The position numbers were made by a program, and so were the translations under genes. 43,114 nt of DNA from Octopus sinensis (taxonomy: Eukaryota): the NCBI RefSeq assembly GCF_006345805.1, contig NW_021834881.1, positions 1-43,114 of the forward strand, in the 5' to 3' direction. Under the pieces are notes generated by a model. That model searched no databases. It saw only the letters and a program-made list of their open reading frames with translations, and was not told the origin of the DNA. Shown piece after piece: positions 36,532 to 43,114 of the stretch. The stretch's first letter is position 1, and each line of letters begins with the position of its first letter.

Positions 36532-37308
36532 TATTAACCATAATAATTTCTGCTTTTTTTTTTTCAAGAATTGTAATTACAGTCTATCTTTTCTAACGAA
36601 ATTTTTTCTTCAACATGTTAGCCATTTTGCAGAAACTAGAGAAGTCAAAATGATATGAGTTCTAAATACATGAACATATAATCCCATGGTGAATGAAAAA
36701 GGAAAAAAGAAAAACAAGGATTACATGTAATATTAAAGTAATAATTATACACGAGGAAAAAAAAGTTTACCTAAGTATTTTATTACATTTATAATAATGT
36801 CTGAAAACAAAGGAAAAGTCGAACATTTATATAAGTCTTATGGTATTGAGTATTAGTGAGGATTAAAGTATTTCCTGTCGACAAGTATGGAGAAATTATG
36901 TACAAATGAAAGAAGAAAAAAAACCATTGCACGTAGTTCTAAATCATCACCGATGTACGTTGTAAGAACATGCATTTAGCTTAAAACGCTAATGCGATTG
37001 GCGACTTTAAATGCACCAGCTTACCAGACTGGTGTGATGTGAATGTGTGTGTATGTGTGTGTGAATATATGTGTGTATGTGTATGTATGTATAAACATAT
37101 ACATATGCTATATATATACCTGTGTGAGTATATATGTATGTATATATATATATATATACGTGTGTAAATATATATATGTATACATACATTTATATATGAA
37201 TATATATATGTATGTATACATACATATATATATATGTATACATATTTATATATATATATAAATATGCATACAGATGTGTGTAATTGTGTATGTGTGTAGT
37301 TATATACA

Positions 37309-37466
37309 TAAGGCGTGGCTGCGTGAAAATAAGCTTGCTTCCCAAAGATATGGTTCCGGGTTCAGTCCCACTTTGTGTCACCTTGGGCAAGTGTACTCTA
37401 TCATAGCTTCGGACCGACCAAAGACTTGTGAGTGGATTTGGTAGAAGGAAACTGAAAGAAGCCTGT

Positions 37467-37470
<4 letters not shown>
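37309..37470 (+). mobile_element. SINE family B, 5' half
   Basis: GGTTCCGGGTTCAGTCCCAC...CACCTTGGGCAAGTG...GAAACTGAAAGAAGCCTGTCG. Confidence 0.85.
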
Positions 37471-37530
<60 letters not shown>

Positions 37531-37545
37531 TAGATAGATAGATAT

Positions 37546-37588
<43 letters not shown>

Positions 37589-37669
37589 TAGAAAGATAGA
37601 TAGATAGATAGATATAGATATAGATAGATATAGATAGATAGATATGGATCTAGATAGATAGATAGATAA

Positions 37670-37701
<32 letters not shown>

Positions 37702-37713
37702 ATATATATATAT

Positions 37714-37800
<87 letters not shown>
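37470..37800. repeat. (TA)n/(GA)n/(GATA)n compound microsatellite
   Basis: Direct reading. Confidence 0.95.
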
Positions 37801-37801
<1 letters not shown>

Positions 37802-37804
37802 GTA

Positions 37805-38641
37805 AAACGTACTTGGAAAAGGATGCGTGGCGTTCGATCATACAATAATCTAAATAATATATAAATATATGCATATATACATACTTAGATGTGTCATACC
37901 TACATCTATATGTATATATACATGCATATATGTGTACAGGACATAAAAAAAAGCGTTAAACACGTGAAACGAAAACATAAAACAAAATCATGGAAACGAA
38001 AAAGCAGAGTACAAGACATACAACACAAGAAATATTCCCTTTTTCGGTTGTCCCTGTTTCGTCTACTCCGCGTTCGAAGGTGAGGACAAGACGCAACTTC
38101 TTGAAACAGTCCTTCCCGCAAAGCAAATTAAATACAATTTTGGATTTTTTGCCGAGGGGTGAAAGTGGTTACAAGAACAGGACAGTAAGAACAAATCAAG
38201 ACAGTAAAAACAATAAAAGTAAAATCAGCAAAAGACAGAACAAAGAGAATAACGCAAGAAAAACAAACGATGAGGGCTGTTAAGCTAAGACAATGGAAAA
38301 ATTATTTTGAACGCATTAAGTGAAGATAGCAGTTGAGAGAGTCGAGGAGGAGGAGTAAGAGAGAGGGAACGGTGAAGAGGAGAGGAGAAGAATAGGGAAG
38401 GGTGGGAGAGAAAAACAGAAAGGATGAAGAACAAGAGAGGGAGAGAGATAGACAGAAGTGAGCGCGTCATAATTATTAAGTTAAAACTTATTTGGAAAAG
38501 GATGCGTGGCGTTCGATCATATAATAATATAAATATTATATAAATATATGCATATATACTTACATATATGTACATACCTGTATCTATATGTATATATACA
38601 TGCATATATGGGTACAGGACATCAAAAAAACGTTGAACACG
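37805..38641 (+). mobile_element. ~1.2-mer direct-repeat unit (period 679 bp) containing a decayed hammerhead, family H4
   Basis: TTGGAAAAGGATGCGTGGCGTTCGATCAT...ACAGGACAT..AAAAAA.CGTT.AACACG at 37813-37964 and 38492-38641; hammerhead-like motif at 38076-38115. Confidence 0.7.
38076..38115 (+). ncRNA. Minimal hammerhead-like motif, C3 mutated
   Basis: GAAG / GTGAGGA 38080-38086 / C-AAGA-CGCAACT-TCTT / GAAA 38103-38106 / C-A-GTC / CTTC. Confidence 0.5.
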
Positions 38642-39009
38642 AGCAAACTGGCAAACAATTTTTATGATTTTCTTTCATAAAATTCGCACAACCAAAAATT
38701 TTGTGAGTTTGATAATTCCTCGTGAGTTGTTAAATCGTCGTGAGGTGTTAAAATCTTCATCGAGTTTATTAATTCTTTGTCAGTTGTTGAAATCCTCGTT
38801 GCCATTATTATATCGTTATGTTCTTGGATTGTTATAACGCCCATTTCGGTATAAAGTATACTTAGTAAAACCAGTAACGACACGACTACCACTGACCGCC
38901 TAATACGATATACTCCCTTTACTTATAGTGACTATGTTATTCAATTCGTCATGTGGGAGACTGTACCGTTCTTACTAATTCCCTAGTACAATATATATAC
39001 ATTTATACA

Positions 39010-39215
39010 TGTAGTAGTACAAAGGTACAGAAAACAAAAAGACTAAGGCAGATGAAGGGAAACAACCAGGTGTATTAGTTACACGCTCGGGAAGTGTAGA
39101 AAAATCTTTGATGTTTCGAGCCTATTCTCATTGGCAGAAAAGACTGAGCGGTAAAAACAAAAACGGAGACAGAAAAAAATCTGTAGGGAATAACGGTACA
39201 ACATGAATGTCTATA
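39010..39215 (-). mobile_element. Family H3-like repeat with heavily decayed hammerhead (39106-39142)
   Basis: Reverse complement CTTTT-CTGCCAA-TGAGAATAGGCTC-GAAAC-ATC-AAAG; downstream similar to 23805-23840. Confidence 0.45.
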
Positions 39216-39249
39216 AATAGATAGAGATACATTTATATATATTAATACA

Positions 39250-39290
<41 letters not shown>

Positions 39291-39676
39291 TACATACACG
39301 TGCATATAAATATGAATATATATATATGTATGTGTGTGTGTAATTATGTTAGGATCTTCGACTGAGAAGACTGAGCATTTGTTCCGGGGTCATAGCCATA
39401 GACCCACGATTCGTCACTGGTTATGGTCGTTTCCAAAACGCTTTCGTCTTCTTCGACACAATCAGGGAGCTGCTACGCATTTGAAACCCGATCTTCTTTT
39501 TCAAACGGCCACACTCTACACACTCTATTTGTACGCGCTGATATAAATAACAGAACTGAATATGAACGTTATGCCCGACAGAGTTCAAGGTCAATCTGTG
39601 CCAAGCAGCTTCATTCTTACCATAGCAACAGTCACAATATTTTTCGACCAGACCTCGTATATATATATATATATAT

Positions 39677-39965
39677 AGATCACCGTGATATTGCTACACA
39701 TCGCTGGTCACAATGCGCTTCGCATTGTTTTAGCCTTCAAATGACGCCACCCCGCTGGCTAAGCGAGCAGGCCAACAGAAGACAGAGTGAGAGAAAGTTT
39801 TGGCGAAAGAGTACAGCAGGGATCGCCACACCCCACTGCCAGAGCTTCGTGGAACTTTAGGTGTTTTCGCTCAATAAACACTAACAACGCCCGCTCTGAG
39901 AATCGAAACTGCGATCCTACGACCGCGAGTCCGCTGCCCTAACCACTAGGCCATTGCGCCTCCAC

Positions 39966-39966
<1 letters not shown>
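39677..39966 (-). mobile_element. tRNA-derived SINE, family D
   Basis: Reverse complement GGCGCAATGGCCTAGTGGTTAGGGCAGCGG...GTTTCGATTC; aligns with 40-222. Confidence 0.88.
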
Positions 39967-40043
<77 letters not shown>

Positions 40044-40053
40044 TATATATATC

Positions 40054-40117
<64 letters not shown>

Positions 40118-40253
40118 GAGGGCATAATATACATACATGCCAGGAGGCATTATATATAATGCCAAACGCTAAGAGGGACAATCAGTCTTTCTACAAAAAA
40201 TATTACTAATCCCACCGAATGCAATTTTTCAAAGTAAGACATTTAAAAATATA

Positions 40254-40298
40254 GCCTGTATCACAGTGATTTCATACTTACCGTAATCATCAGCAGGC
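40254..40298 (-). ncRNA. Minimal type I hammerhead ribozyme (core intact)
   Basis: Reverse complement GCCTG / CTGATGA / T-TAC-GGTAA-GTA-T / GAAA / TCAC-T-GTGA (palindromic stem III) / ATA / CAGGC. Confidence 0.75.
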
Positions 40299-40435
40299 CT
40301 GAATGTATTATAAATAAACAACGACCTTGCTCGCTTAAGCCGAACAGCTAACTGATCACTGCTTCGTTGATGTTGATCAGTTAGCTGTTCGGCTTAAGCG
40401 AGGCAAGGTCGTCGTTGTTTATTTATAATACATTC

Positions 40436-40481
40436 AGGCCTGCTGATGATACGTAAGTATGAATCACTGTGATACAGGCCT
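40436..40481 (+). ncRNA. Mirror hammerhead in the right arm (GAA instead of GAAA; 7-bp stem I)
   Basis: AGGCCTG / CTGATGA 40443-40449 / TAC-GTAA-GTA-T / GAA / TCACTGTGA / ATA 40472-40474 / CAGGCCT. Confidence 0.6.
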
Positions 40482-41579
40482 ATATTTTTAAATGTCTTAC
40501 TTTGAAAAATGCATTCGGTGGGATTAGTAATATTTTTGGTAGAAATGACTGATTGTCCTCTTAGCGTTTGGCATGTATATATAATGCCTCCTGGCATGTA
40601 TGTTAATTATGCCCTCTATATATAAATTAATATGTTCAATAAGAAATAATTATTTTCGAAATTTGTTCTCTTATGAGGTTTTTACGCTATCTACCTGACA
40701 ATTTCTTGTTAAGTTTTCCTTATTAAGTAGTTGTCCTTAATTGCAATATATATATATATATATATATATATAGCTCTTCATGTAAATGTTTAGAAATACA
40801 TGTCTGGGTGCATATATATAACCAGCTGCACAAGGACACTACAGACACACAGATGCACACGGATGTGTACATATGAGCTAGAAACCCAAGCACGTATAAA
40901 TACATAAACATGCATGTAATAGTGATCTGCTGATCCTTGAACATATTGAAATCAAATGAAATAAACATGAAGTTCCTCTCGGTTTTATATAGAGACACGT
41001 AAATAGCTAAATAAACAGAGACGAGAGCTTTCGTATACACCCACACGACCTGAAATTAAATAAATACACATTTAACTATATACAACCTGAAATCCCATCC
41101 TGAAAATATATGTTATACATTTAAAGTGTAGAATGATATATTTGCTTTCTGATATTGTGGTTATACATTGTTCTCGAGGTGGATATCGTGACAGAGATTC
41201 CTGTAATGCGAGTGTTCGGAGTGCACCGTAATGGCGGATGTTGGACAGGCGGGTGATATCATGGCGTAAACATTCGTTAGAAGCGTCATTCTGTGTTTTT
41301 ATAAAGATTTATAGTGGACAACACAAGTATCATTAGCGTTTCATATTCGTATCATTAACACTTTGCTATTAGCACATTAAATTCCGCTCGTTAACACAAC
41401 AAAATTAAACATCACAAGTGGCAATCTTCCTCTCTCTTTAAGGAACCGCAATATGCAATAATAATCTGCAATCTGTAACTAATAAATTATACATGAAATA
41501 TTTATTTCGTGAAACTTATTTCGTTTGTCTTAATTTGTACTAGTATACTGAGTTTGCAATTATAATTTACGAACTGCAA

Positions 41580-41610
41580 CTATATACATAATATATGTAT
41601 GTGTATATAT

Positions 41611-41653
<43 letters not shown>

Positions 41654-41879
41654 TATTATTTATTGTACATATATATACATATTATATATATATACATATG
41701 CATATACATACATATACACATATATATATACATATGCATATACTACAATATATATAAACATATATATATGCACATATAATACATATATATATATGCATAT
41801 GTATATATATACATATGTACATATTTTTAATGTATATATATATAATATATACATATGTATATACACATATATATACATG

Positions 41880-41910
<31 letters not shown>

Positions 41911-41965
41911 GATATATATAATAATACATATATATGTGTATATATATAAATAATGTATATACATG
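41580..41965. repeat. Degenerate (TA)n/(TACA)n tract
   Basis: Direct reading. Confidence 0.95.
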
Positions 41966-42304
41966 AACAGACATGTTTCTATGCATTTGTATCCATACAT
42001 TTGGTCGTGCAAGGCTAGTTAAATGTCAACGATTGCTGCACTTTGCATGGTATGCTATAAAAGTCTGTCTGATAATTGCTCGATCCGAAATAAAAAGGAA
42101 AGGAGGTCACGTTTGAATCTCGTATAAATTAAATGATATTTATTGCTTGATGGATTGGTTAATCTTTTCCTGATCGCATCAGGAACATAACAGTACACTA
42201 TATATGAATGTATAAACTTACAGATAAAAGGTAATGCTTATCACCAACTTAAAGTCAACGTATATATATATATATATAGATATATATATATATATATATA
42301 TATA

Positions 42305-42339
<35 letters not shown>

Positions 42340-42343
<4 letters not shown>

Positions 42344-42976
42344 ATAATACTATAGGGTGAAATTAATTAATTTGGAAATTCATTAATTTCAACAAGTAGA
42401 TTTCGGCATGTAAAAGCCCCATTCGAGGAAGGTTTAAGTAATACTAAGTAATTAAGGGTTTAGCAACGATTTGCCTCACCACACACCGAATTTAGAAATA
42501 GCAGTCAAAGAGTTATGGCTATTGTTTCTACTTAAAAGGGAGATCTCAGTAAAACCACAGCACTTAAAAGGCAAACGCAGGCAAAAGAGAAAGAAATGAC
42601 AATCATTCTATATTAAGTCACCTACGGACGTACGTTTCGAAATTAAGTCATAGGAAAGCATAAAAATTAAATAATTATGTCTTACCCGACTATTTTTCTC
42701 CTCAGCGTAGGACTCTACAATTATGAATAATTGTGTATTAAATATGGAGGCACTAGAAGACATCACCTCAACTCATGGTATCAGAGCGAGCGTAAGCCGT
42801 TACCAGTACCACCAAATTCAAAGTGTGAATGAAAGTATGTGTCACCAGCCTCCTCCCACCAGCGTGCGGTTATTTACTGGGATGAAATATGGTTATCAAT
42901 AATAATATAGGGTGAAATTAATTAATTTGGAATAATCATTAATTTCACCAAGTAGATTTCGGCATGTAAAAGCCCC
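42340..42976 (-). mobile_element. Family H1 copy 2: 637-bp unit with ~81-bp terminal direct repeats (period 556 bp) and a hammerhead
   Basis: ATCAATAATA.TATAGGGTGAAATTAATTAATTTGGAA...GTAGATTTCGGCATGTAAAAGCCCC at 42340-42420 and 42895-42976; (TA)n at the 3' end. Confidence 0.88.
42621..42711 (-). ncRNA. Type I hammerhead ribozyme with extended stem II (core intact)
   Basis: Reverse complement CCTACG / CTGAGGA (42705-42699) / 60-nt stem II / GAAA (42638-42635) / ACGTACGT / GTC / CGTAGG, giving a perfect 6-bp stem I. Confidence 0.88.
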
Positions 42977-43114
42977 AAAGAAGCTACACAAAGAAGATCG
43001 TCTCAATGCAACATGTCAGCTACTGGGAAAGACTGAAAGTATAAAACCTCTTCTACGTAGAGCGAAGGCGGGAGAGATATGCGGTGATATACATCTGGAA
43101 AATCCTGGAAAGTA
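42976..43114 (+). pseudogene. CR1-type LINE ORF2 fragment (runs off the window)
   Basis: QRSYTKKIVSMQHVSYWERLKV*NLFYVERRRERYAVIYIWKILES; homologous to the 13.5-13.6-kb segment. Confidence 0.85.

Larger units (their letters stand above)
40111..40623. mobile_element. 513-bp head-to-head palindrome of a ~250-bp hammerhead-bearing unit, family H5
   Basis: Arms 40111-40358 and 40374-40623 with a 15-nt spacer CTGCTTCGTTGATGT; about 12 differences, mostly 1-nt indels. Confidence 0.92.

Noticed and set aside
39435-39475. Minus-strand CTGATTG...GTC-GAAGAA-GAC-GAAAGCGTT hammerhead-like string
   Set aside because: The core is not CUGANGA and stems I and III do not pair properly.

Overview
Eukaryotic, very AT-rich and microsatellite-saturated DNA that is almost entirely intergenic or intronic. 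The SINE families and simple-repeat load look like an Octopus (cephalopod) genome; this is inferred from recalled repeat families, not from a database search. No host protein-coding gene can be identified with confidence, and nearly all ORF-track entries are translations of microsatellites. Identifiable content: (1) a 5'-truncated Penelope-like retroelement (RT + GIY-YIG, minus strand, 20012-22578) with a ~556-bp inverted copy of its own 3' end; (2) decayed RTE-type and CR1-type LINE fragments and a gag-knuckle-only element; (3) about 20 tRNA-derived SINE copies from 4-5 families, some with a CORE-like domain; (4) two ~395-bp non-autonomous Helitrons; (5) an 85-bp fold-back MITE with an 8-bp TSD. 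The most interesting signal is RNA-level: 11 type I hammerhead-ribozyme motifs from about 6-7 unrelated repeat families, four with an intact catalytic core. They sit in (TA)n-flanked non-coding units arranged either as ~1.2-mer direct repeats (retrozyme/pLTR-like) or as head-to-head palindromes carrying a ribozyme on each strand. One family, present twice, has an unusually long 60-nt stem II. All folding was done by eye and no ribozyme activity is demonstrated.
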